Source of the DNA: an uncultured Saprospiraceae bacterium
GTDB lineage: Bacteria > Bacteroidota > Bacteroidia > Chitinophagales > Saprospiraceae
DNA: 64,000 nt
Direction of reading: 5' to 3'
Assembly: GCA_964011275.1 (NCBI GenBank)
Contig: CAXGOB010000018.1
Coordinates: forward strand, 2,951 to 66,950
Under the pieces are notes generated by a model. It saw only the letters and a list, made by a program, of their open reading frames with translations, was not told the DNA's origin and searched no databases. Shown piece by piece: positions 9,556-21,955 of the stretch. Made by a program: the position numbers and the translations under genes. The first letter of the stretch is position 1. Each line of letters opens with the position of its first letter.

Positions 9556-10959
9556 ATGTTTGAAAAAATATTTAAGCTCAATCAAAATGGCACTACGGTT
9601 AAGACCGAAATACTGGCTGGCCTCACCACATTTTTAACGATGTCTTATATCCTATTCGTTAATCCTTCTATACTTTCTCAAACAGGAATGGAATACGAAT
9701 CCGTCTTCATTGCCACATGTTTAGCTGCTGCTATAGGGACTTTCCTTATTGGAATCCTATCAAATTATCCAATGGCTCAGGCTCCAGGAATGGGCTTGAA
9801 TGCATTTTTCACTTTTACTGTAGTTTTTAGTTTGGGATATAGCTGGCAGCAAGCCTTGGCCATAGTGTTTTTATCAGGTGTATTATTCTTGTTATTGACA
9901 ATAACAGGACTTCGGGCAACCATTATTAAAGCCATTCCCAAAAATCTAAAGCTGGCAATTGCTCCTGGAATCGGTTTGTTTATTGCGTTGATAGGATTGA
10001 ATAATGCAGGGCTGATTGAAGTAAATCAAGGGCCAATCATAAGCCTGATTCTGGATAGTGATTTATTGAGTAAAGATCAATTAATTGACCAAGTGAATTC
10101 GGTTCCATCACAAATAATCCAATTGGGTAAATTATCAGATCCATCAGTATTGTTGACAGTAATTGGATTGGTTTTACTTGTGGCATTGATGGTGCTTAAA
10201 ATAGACTCTGCCATGTTATGGGCCATTATTGTAACCACCATTATTGGTATTCCTATGGGTGTGACTGTACTTCCTGATTCATATGATTTAAGTAGAATTT
10301 CATTGTCTCCAACGGCATTTAAGATGGATTTTGTAGGACTTTTTCAAATTGGAAAAGGCTTATCCTTCGTCACGGCCGTTCTGCCAGTCATTATTGTTGT
10401 TATAAGTTTTACACTCGTGGATTTGCTAGATACTTTGGGGACTTTATTAGGAACAGCTGGAAAGGGAGACATGCTAGATGAAGATGGTAATCTTCCAAGA
10501 ATGAATAAGGCTCTTTTCGCTGATGCTACTGCTACCACATTAGGAGCTATGCTTGGCACATCCTCAGTCACCACGTACATTGAAAGTAGTTCTGGTATAA
10601 TTGCTGGAGGTAGGACTGGGTTGACTTCCACCACAACCGCTGTTTTGTTTTTATTTGGAATATTATTGGCTCCAATTGCAGGCATAGTTCCGGTCGCTGC
10701 CACTTCTCCTGTTTTGATTATAGTAGGTGTGCTAATGATGGATGGCATCAAAAAAATAGATCTGTCATCTATCGATTCAGCAATTCCGGCTGTATTGCTG
10801 ATTATCATAATGCCATTCACTTATAGCATAGCAAATGGAATTGCTTTTGGATTAATGTTTTATGTCCTTATTGAAGTTGTTAAAGGCAATTTCAAGAATA
10901 TTCATCCGATACTTTATCTTTTGGTTGGACTGTTTCTCTTGAAATATGTGGCTCTGTAG
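9556..10959 (+). CDS. NCS2/AzgA-family purine (guanine/hypoxanthine/adenine) permease
   Basis: 467 aa polytopic protein. The N-terminus FKLNQNGTTVKTEILAGLTTFLTMSYILFVNPSIL is characteristic of PbuG/AzgA-type permeases. Confidence 0.85.
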   Translation: MFEKIFKLNQNGTTVKTEILAGLTTFLTMSYILFVNPSILSQTGMEYESVFIATCLAAAIGTFLIGILSNYPMAQAPGMGLNAFFTFTVVFSLGYSWQQALAIVFLSGVLFLLLTITGLRATIIKAIPKNLKLAIAPGIGLFIALIGLNNAGLIEVNQGPIISLILDSDLLSKDQLIDQVNSVPSQIIQLGKLSDPSVLLTVIGLVLLVALMVLKIDSAMLWAIIVTTIIGIPMGVTVLPDSYDLSRISLSPTAFKMDFVGLFQIGKGLSFVTAVLPVIIVVISFTLVDLLDTLGTLLGTAGKGDMLDEDGNLPRMNKALFADATATTLGAMLGTSSVTTYIESSSGIIAGGRTGLTSTTTAVLFLFGILLAPIAGIVPVAATSPVLIIVGVLMMDGIKKIDLSSIDSAIPAVLLIIIMPFTYSIANGIAFGLMFYVLIEVVKGNFKNIHPILYLLVGLFLLKYVAL

Positions 10960-11131
10960 GAGGAGTGACTGCCCAGAGATTAATTTCTTATTTCTACAAT
11001 AATGGAGTTATCCATTTTATTTAATTTTTGGATTATGATTTTATAAAAAAAATCCCTCTATAAGGGCGTGGGCTGTCAAATATGTAAGGTTAGAGCGGCT
11101 TTGATAAAGTTCTGTTTCCAAAGCTTGTTAC

Positions 11132-11386
11132 TCACCTAAAGAATTATTAAGTCACTGATTTAGCAAAAGACATAAACTATAGTCAGAGACAATTGGGTAG
11201 AATTCTTAAAAAATTAACAGGACTTAGCCCAAATCAATTCATAAAGGAGATTAGGATGAAAAAAGCTTGTCAACTCGACAATTCTCAACTATATCGGACG
11301 TCAGGGGTGAGGTAGGAATATCTCATGCTAGTTACTTTACAAGTGAGTTTGAAAATAGATTTGGTGTAAAACCAAGTGAAGTTTAA
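11132..11386 (+). pseudogene. remnant of an AraC-family HTH regulator (C-terminal DNA-binding domain only, frameshifted)
   Basis: My own translation gives three pieces in three frames: SPKELLSH*, then LAKDINYSQRQLGRILKKLTGLSPNQFIKEIRMKKACQL, then TISDVRGEVGISHASYFTSEFENRFGVKPSEV*. Together they form a typical two-helix-turn-helix AraC C-terminus. There is no N-terminal domain and no intact ORF. Confidence 0.7.
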
Positions 11387-11391
11387 AATGA

Positions 11392-12945
11392 TTAATGAAA
11401 GACCACGTGCAGTAAAACCAAAGACCCTGCTAGTCCCAGCCCCACTTGCCATACTTCACGATCATCATATCGTATTAAGTTTTTCCATTTAGTCCATCCT
11501 TCTTTATAAGATGATGCATAGAGTATCATAAAAGCAATGACAATTACCCATCCGGCTCTAACGAAGTAATTCATCTCTGGAAAAAAGTGAATGATCATCA
11601 AGTGCAGAGGAATAGTTACTAAGAAAGCAATCAATGCGACACGATGATTAGGCGCTACCAAAAATGCTGCTGAGCAAATCAAAACCACAATTCCACAATT
11701 GATATAATACCTCAATTCATTGAGTGTGTGGGTGAATGCATCTTCAGGGTTCTCAAACTTCACATACAGCAATATTAAACCCATTATTATACCTGTAAAT
11801 AAGGTAACCAAAATTGTCTTCCTTCCTGCTGCAATTACTTGTGAGTCAGAAGCTTCTTTATTGATATAAGTCTTATAAATATCTATAGACCACAGGGTCG
11901 CTAATGAATTAAATGTGCTATCCACAGTGCTCATCAGAGAAGCGAATAAGGCACAAAGGATGATACCTTTGGCTCCAATAGGAAGATAGGTTTTGACTAT
12001 ATACGGAAAGGCCAAATCAGGTTCTGATAGGGGAGTGCCACTTTCTTGGAGAATACCATAAAGAGCAATGCCTGGAACTATTATAATCACAGCCATCACA
12101 TATTTCATTACACCTCCAACCATGAGTCCAATTTGTGCTTCACGAAGACTCTTTGCAGCTATAGATCGCTGCATTACAGTCTGATTAGCACACCAATAAT
12201 TAATGTTAAGAAGGAAGAGTCCAAATATGTGAATCCAGGGTAATTTTTCATGATCTGCAGGTAGATGGAGATGCATCATCTCGGGAGTTTTGATGTAGAG
12301 CTGTTGCCATCCTCCAAAATGATATATGGTCACCAAAGTGATAACGATACCACCCGTGAGTAATATGCCAAATTGGATGATATCTGTTTTTACAACAGCT
12401 CCAAGCCCGCCTAGGTAAGTATAAATGGCTGAGAATACACCTAGTCCTATGACTAAAATAGAAATCCTTATAATCCGATCTTCATGGATGACACTCAGAT
12501 ATTCTGCGAATACCAAATCAGCAGCATATGCTCCCCAAAACAAGGCGGCTCCTAGGGTAATAGTAGAAAAGAGAAGAATATTAGCAATGGTATAAATAAA
12601 GCCAACACGCTCTCCTAATCTATTCTTAATAAACTGAGTAATGGTGATGATTCCATCTTTGAGATACATCGGGACAAAAATGAAAGCAGCCATTAAAATC
12701 CCCTGTACAGCATTGATTTCGAGACTAGCTTGTGCTAATCCATAGAGGTATGCAGAACCCATCATCCCTAGAAACTGATACCCATTTATATTAGTAGCAA
12801 TGGTGGAGAGTGCAATAGAAGGCCATCTCAAATTGCGGTTGCTCAAAAAATAAGATTCAACAGTAGCATTTGCCACAGCTCTTCCTTTTAAGGCCACTAA
12901 CATGATAGCCGTGAAATAGGTGATTACAATTAGGAGATCTAGCAA
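11392..12945 (-). CDS. sodium:solute symporter family (SSF) transporter
   Basis: 517 aa, about 13 TM. Has SSF blocks including GGLGAVVKTDIIQF and YWCANQTVMQRSIAAKS. Confidence 0.85.
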   Translation of the reverse strand: MLDLLIVITYFTAIMLVALKGRAVANATVESYFLSNRNLRWPSIALSTIATNINGYQFLGMMGSAYLYGLAQASLEINAVQGILMAAFIFVPMYLKDGIITITQFIKNRLGERVGFIYTIANILLFSTITLGAALFWGAYAADLVFAEYLSVIHEDRIIRISILVIGLGVFSAIYTYLGGLGAVVKTDIIQFGILLTGGIVITLVTIYHFGGWQQLYIKTPEMMHLHLPADHEKLPWIHIFGLFLLNINYWCANQTVMQRSIAAKSLREAQIGLMVGGVMKYVMAVIIIVPGIALYGILQESGTPLSEPDLAFPYIVKTYLPIGAKGIILCALFASLMSTVDSTFNSLATLWSIDIYKTYINKEASDSQVIAAGRKTILVTLFTGIIMGLILLYVKFENPEDAFTHTLNELRYYINCGIVVLICSAAFLVAPNHRVALIAFLVTIPLHLMIIHFFPEMNYFVRAGWVIVIAFMILYASSYKEGWTKWKNLIRYDDREVWQVGLGLAGSLVLLHVVFH

Positions 12946-13082
12946 ATGATAGTGTTTTAAATAGCCAAATTATGAATAATACTTTTGGTCCTATTTGGCC
13001 TTGCATCAATTATCATTATATCTATGGCAATTATTTAAAATTACTTGATTTCGAATTTATATCATTTTCATTTCGATGTTGT

Positions 13083-13090
13083 ATATTTGT
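13083..13090 (+). promoter_or_regulatory. candidate Bacteroidota-type -7 promoter box (TAnnTTTG)
   Basis: TATATTTG lies 28 nt upstream of the ATG at 13118 and matches the TAnnTTTG consensus of Bacteroidota sigma-A promoters. This is a motif match only. Confidence 0.3.
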
Positions 13091-13102
13091 AAGCTGTTAT
13101 AA

Positions 13103-15436
<2,334 letters not shown>

Positions 15437-15440
<4 letters not shown>

Positions 15441-16777
15441 AGAACTCTTATCCAACCCATAAGGCCAGCATTGCTCTTCACCAGTTTGTATTCATTATCT
15501 GACCCAAGTACAGTTAATTGATTATTTGCAGCGACCATTTTTATTGAATGTGCATCATCAGATGGGCTATCAAGAAGCGCATAAGACGCTTCAGATACTA
15601 TATTATTAACTTCATCTTCTACTGATTCTATGTCCTTAAAGCTTATGTATCCCACCGATTCATTGGGAAGTTGTACTCTGAAATAAGAAGATGTAGCTCC
15701 TAATACTTCTAGAATTTGATGCTTTTGAAGAGATATGGATTCTTCTTTAGTACCTGTTCCGTTTAATCTTAATGTAGACTTTTTGTTAGTTCTCATAGTC
15801 TGGTTGACTATAGACTTATCGGCGAATTGGCGTTTTAATTTTGTTTTAGTTATCGCCACGTGATGATAAGGGTCAATAGGTCCATTTTGATATATTCCAA
15901 AATGTAAATGAGGAGGGGTGGTGCGTGCATTACCAGTGTTTCCTACTGTGCCTATTGTATCACCTTTGGCTACATTTTGGCCTTCTTGTACTAATAGTTT
16001 TTGCAAGTGAGCAAAGTATAAGGTCTGTCTTCGGTTTTGATCTCTCATCCATATCACGGTGCCTCCAAGCCCTCTTTCTCCAGCAAACCTGATATATCCA
16101 TCCGTTGGAGCAATTATCGGTGTATGCCTTTTGGCAAATATGTCTATACCATGATGCTTTCGTCTACCTCCATCTCTTGGAACTCCAAAAAGACTTCCAA
16201 TTGCCGCATTGTTTTTACCACTTACAGGAAAGTCTAATGAAGGTGATTTTTGCACAGTTATTTTAAAATTACCACCTCTTAGTAGTTCAGTTTGAAATCT
16301 AATGATATAATCAGTATCAATTCTAGATTCGATATCCATGGATGTCTCTTGATTCTCACTGCTCGCTATTTTTTCAAAAGTGCCATTTGTTGCATCTTCG
16401 ACTCTATAGATATCAAGAAATGATTTCATTCGATCATTTGATTCTAAGGAGACCTCAATATTTATTTTTTGACCCTTTTTAAGAGAAATAAGATATCCAA
16501 CCGAATTGGCCTCGGTAGGGCTAAAATAAATATGTTCTACATAGGGCGATTCGATCCTCATTGGCTTTGAGAGAGCTTCTTCCGCTGCATCAATCCAATC
16601 TTGCCCGAGAGCTGTATCAGAAAGATCTAATTTGTTCAATGCATTTATATATTGGACATGACTATCTGTAGGAATATATTCCTCGGGTACTATTTCTTTT
16701 TTGCAAGAACTGATTAATAGGATACAAACAATGAACAACAGTGAGAATGAGCCAAAAGCTGAAGGTGATCTGTACAT
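15437..16777 (-). CDS. M23 family metallopeptidase lipoprotein
   Basis: 446 aa. Has a lipobox-like LLISSCKK, the LytM catalytic motifs HHGIDIF and PPHLHFGIY, and a C-terminal SH3-like tail. Confidence 0.85.
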
Positions 16778-16946
16778 TAAATTGACTTTGCAAAACTCTT
16801 TAACGCAATATTATACTGAGTCATTTTGAGACCTCGGTTTTCTATTTCAAAATCAAAGAAAATTTCAAGCTTTTTATGTTCGCATTTTGATTTGTAATTA
16901 AATGCAGAAATTTGATGTGCAATTCATCATTCAATGAATAAACTAA

Positions 16947-17933
16947 ATGGAAAAAATTTTGATTACAGGGGCTTCAGGATTTGTAGGTAGTTTTCTAGTA
17001 GAGGAAGCTCTGAAAAATGGTTTGGATACCTATGCGGGAATCAGATCCTCAAGCAGTAAACAATGGCTTCAAGATGAAAGGATCAATTTTATTGAAATGA
17101 ATTTGTCCAATGAAAATCAACTGAGCGAATTGATGCATGAGCATCAGTTTGATTATATTATTCATAATGCAGGAGTGACTAAATCAAATAGCAAAAGTGA
17201 TTTTTTTAGAGTGAATGTTGAGTTCACACACAATTTAGTAACAAGTAGCTCAAAAATTAAAAGCCTAAAGAAATTTAGTTTCATGAGCAGCCTTGCGGCT
17301 TATGGGCCTGCAGATTTTCAAGAGAATAAGATACTATCAAATGATTCTGAGCCCAATCCCGTGACCACTTATGGCAAAAGCAAATTGAGGGCAGAAAGAA
17401 AACTAAAAGAGGTGGCTGGGCTGCCATTACTCATATTTAGACCTACAGGTATTTTTGGCCCTAGAGAATCAGATTTTTTGACGGCATTTAAAGCTATCCA
17501 AAATGGATTTTCACCACACGTTGGCTTATCCGATCAATGGATATCATTGGTCTACGTCAAAGACCTGGTAAGAGTGATAATGGATGCGACAATATCTTCT
17601 GTATCTAATAAATCATACTTTGTTACAGATGGTAATCTATATAAGGCAACAAAATTCAATGCAATAATTGCGGATAAGCTAGGAAAGAGTCCTTTAAAAA
17701 TAAAAGTGCCTTTGCCTTTAGTGTATGCTGTAGCATCAATAAGTGAAGGAATATCTAGATTAACTGGAAATGCTAGTATTCTCAATATGGACAAATTTGC
17801 TGAAATTAAGGCAAGGACTCTGGATTGTGACATATCAGAATTAGTTAATGATTTTGATTATATACCTAAGTATGATCTTCCTTCAGCAGTAGAAGAAACG
17901 GTAAAATGGTATAAAGAAAAAAAGTGGCTATGA
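16947..17933 (+). CDS. NAD-dependent epimerase/dehydratase family (extended SDR) protein
   Basis: 328 aa. Has the N-terminal ITGASGFVGS Rossmann motif and the YGKSK catalytic Tyr-x3-Lys. Confidence 0.8.
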   Translation: MEKILITGASGFVGSFLVEEALKNGLDTYAGIRSSSSKQWLQDERINFIEMNLSNENQLSELMHEHQFDYIIHNAGVTKSNSKSDFFRVNVEFTHNLVTSSSKIKSLKKFSFMSSLAAYGPADFQENKILSNDSEPNPVTTYGKSKLRAERKLKEVAGLPLLIFRPTGIFGPRESDFLTAFKAIQNGFSPHVGLSDQWISLVYVKDLVRVIMDATISSVSNKSYFVTDGNLYKATKFNAIIADKLGKSPLKIKVPLPLVYAVASISEGISRLTGNASILNMDKFAEIKARTLDCDISELVNDFDYIPKYDLPSAVEETVKWYKEKKWL

Positions 17934-18023
17934 TCTGATAATGATTCAGAACTCAATCAATTAAGGTCCCGCGTAAAAACATGTACTTTTTGTCAATTTT
18001 AGAAAATAGTTTGACAATGATTT

Positions 18024-18629
18024 TTAATCTTGATCTAATTCATATAACATCTGTTCGGCACTATTTGTAATCTTTTTGTACCATCCCAATCCCCACTGAG
18101 CTACATAAACCACGAAGACACAACCGATGCCTATAACAAACCACATTTGGGTGTCAAATTCTTTTGCAAAGAAATCTTCTCCATTTAATAATTTGTCGGC
18201 TACAGGAATAGTAATAAACATCATAAAAATGGATGCTACAACTGCCCATTTTTGGAACGCTATAGTTTTTTTTCTTACGTCCTGATATTGCTGAATTATC
18301 TTTTTATAAGTGGAATTTGTTAAATCTATGTTTGACAATTTCTTTAAATAGCCTAATGAGAAATAAGGCATAATGGTCAGAAATGCTAAAGATATGACAC
18401 CGCAAACACTCAAGTACCATGTATCTAATTTGTAAAAATTGAGCAAAATAAAAATTGCAATGAAATAGCAAAAGACAGCACCTATGGATTCATATTTTGT
18501 AATTGTGTTGAATTTGTTTTTGTATTTGATTTGTGTGATTTCCATAATTTTTTGATTATTGATTATTTCTAATTTTTCGATTCTCTGACTCAATGATGTC
18601 CAGAGTGTTTGCATCTCTTCTAGTTCCAT
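18024..18629 (-). CDS. 4-TM membrane protein downstream of an ECF sigma factor (possible anti-sigma partner)
   Basis: 201 aa. Has a cytoplasmic N-terminal helix followed by four hydrophobic segments. Lies 4 nt downstream of the sigma gene. No recognisable ZAS or RskA motif. Confidence 0.4.
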   Translation of the reverse strand: MELEEMQTLWTSLSQRIEKLEIINNQKIMEITQIKYKNKFNTITKYESIGAVFCYFIAIFILLNFYKLDTWYLSVCGVISLAFLTIMPYFSLGYLKKLSNIDLTNSTYKKIIQQYQDVRKKTIAFQKWAVVASIFMMFITIPVADKLLNGEDFFAKEFDTQMWFVIGIGCVFVVYVAQWGLGWYKKITNSAEQMLYELDQD

Positions 18630-18633
18630 TGAA

Positions 18634-19125
18634 TTATTTTAATATTTTATTTTTCAATTTTTGCTTAACCCTGCCTATTCGAGTACCCACATTTGTATTG
18701 CTATAACCTGTAATTTCAGCTATCTCATCATGACTTTTGCCTTCTAAGTACAGTAGTATGATGCCTTTTTCTATGGCATTAAGATTTCTTATTTGATCAT
18801 ACATGATTTCTAGCTGTTCCTTTAAGTTTTTATCTTCTTCAGGGCTCATTAACATTTCAAAGCTGAATTCATCGGTCAAAAGTGTTGGTGACCTTTTTGA
18901 CTTTTGTAAGTGTGCTAGTGCTGTATTTAATGCTACGCGATAGATCCAAGTGGTGAGTTTTGATTTCCCCTTAAAAGAATCAAAAGATCTCCATAGTTGA
19001 AATATGATATCCTGATATAAGTCCTTTTGATCTTCTCTGCTTGAGGCATAGACCTTTGTGATCTTATATATGATCCCTTCGTTCTTTCTTATGGTCTTGA
19101 CAAAATAGTCCTCTGTTTGCATCAA
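18634..19125 (-). CDS. ECF-type RNA polymerase sigma-70 family factor
   Basis: 163 aa. Region 2 is DLYQDIIFQLWRSFDSF...TWIYRVALN. The region 4 HTH is HDEIAEITGYSNTNVGTRIGRVKQKL. Confidence 0.85.
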   Translation of the reverse strand: MMQTEDYFVKTIRKNEGIIYKITKVYASSREDQKDLYQDIIFQLWRSFDSFKGKSKLTTWIYRVALNTALAHLQKSKRSPTLLTDEFSFEMLMSPEEDKNLKEQLEIMYDQIRNLNAIEKGIILLYLEGKSHDEIAEITGYSNTNVGTRIGRVKQKLKNKILK

Positions 19126-19317
19126 TTTTTCTGTTACATTCTATTAGTATGAGAAAAAAATAGAAAATCACACTCTTTATAAAAAAAAAATATTCTTGTG
19201 GCAATGTGATCAGATATAAGTATTCACTTTCTTCTCTATTAATATTTTCGTACATTTTAGGAGTTTTTTAACCTTAAAGTCAATTGAGTTGACTTCCTAT
19301 TATTAAAACCATTTATA

Positions 19318-20382
19318 ATGAAAACACTATCTAAATTCTGGTTTGTATTTATGCTCCTGTTTACTATCGCATTTAACCCAACAGCGACCTCTCAAGATGC
19401 GGAGAAGGATATGAATACAACTCTTTTTCAGATGCTATATGATCAAACTGATCATCTTCCTACCATGAAAATCCATACTAAAGTGAAGGAACTCTTTAAA
19501 AATAAAAGTATAACCGAAGAGTATTACATCCCCGGGACAATGTCAATTACAGTTGCTGATGGCGACCCTTTAGAGTTTGACATTGAGGCAAAAATCAGAG
19601 GTAACACGAGGAAAAAAGTATGTGACAATGCACCTATAAAATTGAAACTGAATAAGGAGCAATTAAAAGCTCTTGGAATCAATGCTGATGTAGATAAATT
19701 GAAATTAGTACTTCAATGTGAAAATAACCTTAGAAACTTTCAGCAACTTCTAAAGGAGAAGGTGATTTATGATCTATATTCTGCTATTGATCCAGATAAC
19801 AGTATGCAATTAAAAATGATTAAACTAGAAATGTATGAAAATGGAGAAATGAAGGAAATGATGAATGCATATTTAGTTGAGGAAGAAGAAAACTACGCTT
19901 TCAGAAAGAATGCTATAGTCTTAGAATCAGGAAAAATTAATTATGCTGCATTGCCTAGAGATGATTATTTCAGATTAGCCTTCTTTCAATATATGATAGC
20001 TAATTGTGACTGGTCTATTGCAAATAAGCACAATATAGAATTGGTCCTGCTTCCAAATGTCAAGAGCCTAGTGTCAGTCCCATATGATTTTGATTATGCA
20101 GGTTTAGTGAATAATGGATATGCAGTACCGCCAGAGCAATTTCCTATAACAAGTGTAACGCAACGCTACTTTATGATCAGAACTCAGATGACTAAAGATG
20201 AAGTAGATACAGTAGTTGATTATTATGAGGGCATGAAACCTCAATTCATGGATATTATTGCTAATCAAGAATATATGGATGATAAGACAAAGAAAAATGT
20301 TACTTCATTTATAGAGGGATTCTACAAATACATAAAAAATAGAGGTAAGGTTTTGAAGGCAGTCAAACCTAGGAATGGGTAA
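19318..20382 (+). CDS. secreted hypothetical protein (weak CotH-like motifs)
   Basis: 354 aa with a signal peptide (FVFMLLFTIAFNPTATSQ). The blocks IRGNTRKKVCDNAPIKLKL and FFQYMIANCDWSIANKHN faintly resemble CotH-type proteins. Not verified. Confidence 0.3.
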   Translation: MKTLSKFWFVFMLLFTIAFNPTATSQDAEKDMNTTLFQMLYDQTDHLPTMKIHTKVKELFKNKSITEEYYIPGTMSITVADGDPLEFDIEAKIRGNTRKKVCDNAPIKLKLNKEQLKALGINADVDKLKLVLQCENNLRNFQQLLKEKVIYDLYSAIDPDNSMQLKMIKLEMYENGEMKEMMNAYLVEEEENYAFRKNAIVLESGKINYAALPRDDYFRLAFFQYMIANCDWSIANKHNIELVLLPNVKSLVSVPYDFDYAGLVNNGYAVPPEQFPITSVTQRYFMIRTQMTKDEVDTVVDYYEGMKPQFMDIIANQEYMDDKTKKNVTSFIEGFYKYIKNRGKVLKAVKPRNG

Positions 20383-20995
20383 GAGGAGTTCGATGAGAAA
20401 TGTCATTATGGCTTAAAATTTCAAAAGATTTTCCCTTTTGAATAACTTTGTAGAGTCCCACATTACTTATCTTATAAGATTCCATTTCAGAGTATGGTTC
20501 TTCTTGAAGAGCACATAATAGACCTCTCATTGCTCTGCCGTGAGAACAGAGTAGAATTGTTTTTTCTTTGCGATCTTTTAGCTCATTTACAAAAGAAGAA
20601 AGCCTTTTCTTAAGGTCCTGTGCTGTTTCACCGTTATTTATTCCTATATCTAGATTTCCTCTAGACCATTCATCCACAATACTTTTATATAAAACAACTG
20701 ATTCTTTAGTTCCTTTTTGCCCTTCTGCATCTCCCCATGACATTTCATCGATTCTTTTGTCCGCAATGATAACTGGGCCATTTTTTATCCAAGGACTGAT
20801 GGTTTGTTTTGTTCTTTTGAGAGCTGAATGAATGATAAGGTCAAAATAAACTTCATTGCGATAATGGCGATAAAATTGTTCTGCTTGAATCATTCCCAAA
20901 TCATTCAAATCAGAATCTACTCCACTTCCTTGTACAATTCCGTTTTTATTGTAATCTGTCTGGCCATGCCTGATGCAATAAATCACTTTGTCCAT
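20369..20995 (-). CDS. histidine phosphatase (phosphoglycerate mutase-like) family protein
   Basis: 208 aa. Has the catalytic RHGQTDYN motif near the N-terminus and a second His block, CSHGRAMR. Confidence 0.8.
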   Translation of the reverse strand: MDKVIYCIRHGQTDYNKNGIVQGSGVDSDLNDLGMIQAEQFYRHYRNEVYFDLIIHSALKRTKQTISPWIKNGPVIIADKRIDEMSWGDAEGQKGTKESVVLYKSIVDEWSRGNLDIGINNGETAQDLKKRLSSFVNELKDRKEKTILLCSHGRAMRGLLCALQEEPYSEMESYKISNVGLYKVIQKGKSFEILSHNDISHRTPLTHS

Positions 20996-21031
20996 TCGCG
21001 CTATATTTATCCTATAAAGTTAGAAAGATAA

Positions 21032-21955
21032 ATGCTATCAATACTGATTCCAATATATGAGGTTAAGGTGGAAAAATTAGTGATTAAGCTAGTCAAACAA
21101 TGTCATGGTTCTAAGATTGAATTCGAAATAATATGTTTTGATGATGGATCTTCAGAAAAAGTGAAATCTGCAAATAAGGCCATTGACCTGATTATGGGTG
21201 TAAACTATGTCGAATTATCAGAAAATAAAGGGAGGGCTAAGATTAGAAATCTCTTAGCTAAAATGGCTAGATATGAGTACTTGCTCTTTTTGGATTGCGA
21301 TTCAAAGATCACAGGAAAGAAATTTATTGAAAAATACATTTCAAATTTAGACGGAAGAATGGTCATTTGCGGAGGGCGGAAGTATTCGCAAACTCCACCC
21401 AAGAATGAAGGAAAGTATCTGCATTGGCTGTATGGTACAAAAAGAGAATCAAAGTCGATGTCGTATAGAAAAAGGAAAAAGGCAGAGTTCTTTCATTCTA
21501 ATAATTTTGTCATTGATAAACACACATTATTTGAAAACCCTTTTGACGAATCTATTTCTGGATATGGTTATGAAGATTTAGCTCTGGCACATCAGATAAC
21601 TCAGAGAGGTATTCCTATTATGCATATAGACAATCCAACCGTTCATGAAGGATTAGAATCTGTAAATGATTTTATAGACAAATCTATTATTGCTACCAGT
21701 AACCTCTGGTTATTACACAAAGAACGAAGAGTTCCATACACTCGATTGATCAAAGCTTACAAGTTTTTGGACTCATATTATCTTAAAAACTGGTTTTTGA
21801 GAATAATCAATATAAGAAAAGATAAGTTTTTAGCCAATCTGAGATCACAATCTCCCAAACTCTACAATTTAGATTTATTGAAGTTAACTCACTTTTGCGA
21901 GCTCTCTATTGAGCAAAAAAAGGAAGAAAACTGTGGAAAAAGGCTGAATTCTTAA
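21032..21955 (+). CDS. family 2 glycosyltransferase
   Basis: 307 aa. Starts with LSILIPIY, has the DDGS motif (CFDDGSSE), the DCD acceptor block (FLDCDS) and an ED motif (GYGYEDLAL). Confidence 0.8.
   Translation: MLSILIPIYEVKVEKLVIKLVKQCHGSKIEFEIICFDDGSSEKVKSANKAIDLIMGVNYVELSENKGRAKIRNLLAKMARYEYLLFLDCDSKITGKKFIEKYISNLDGRMVICGGRKYSQTPPKNEGKYLHWLYGTKRESKSMSYRKRKKAEFFHSNNFVIDKHTLFENPFDESISGYGYEDLALAHQITQRGIPIMHIDNPTVHEGLESVNDFIDKSIIATSNLWLLHKERRVPYTRLIKAYKFLDSYYLKNWFLRIINIRKDKFLANLRSQSPKLYNLDLLKLTHFCELSIEQKKEENCGKRLNS

Noticed and set aside
10344-10820. 158-aa minus-strand ORF inside the purine permease gene
   Set aside because: It is entirely antisense to a well-supported NCS2/AzgA permease. 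Its composition is low-complexity (Ile/Pro/Ala/Thr-rich) and mirrors the codons of a membrane protein. There are no motifs.
11040-11075. A-run plus CCCT-CTATA-AGGG mini hairpin, a possible minus-strand terminator for the SSF transporter
   Set aside because: The stem is only 4 bp and lies about 320 nt from the stop codon. This is not convincing.
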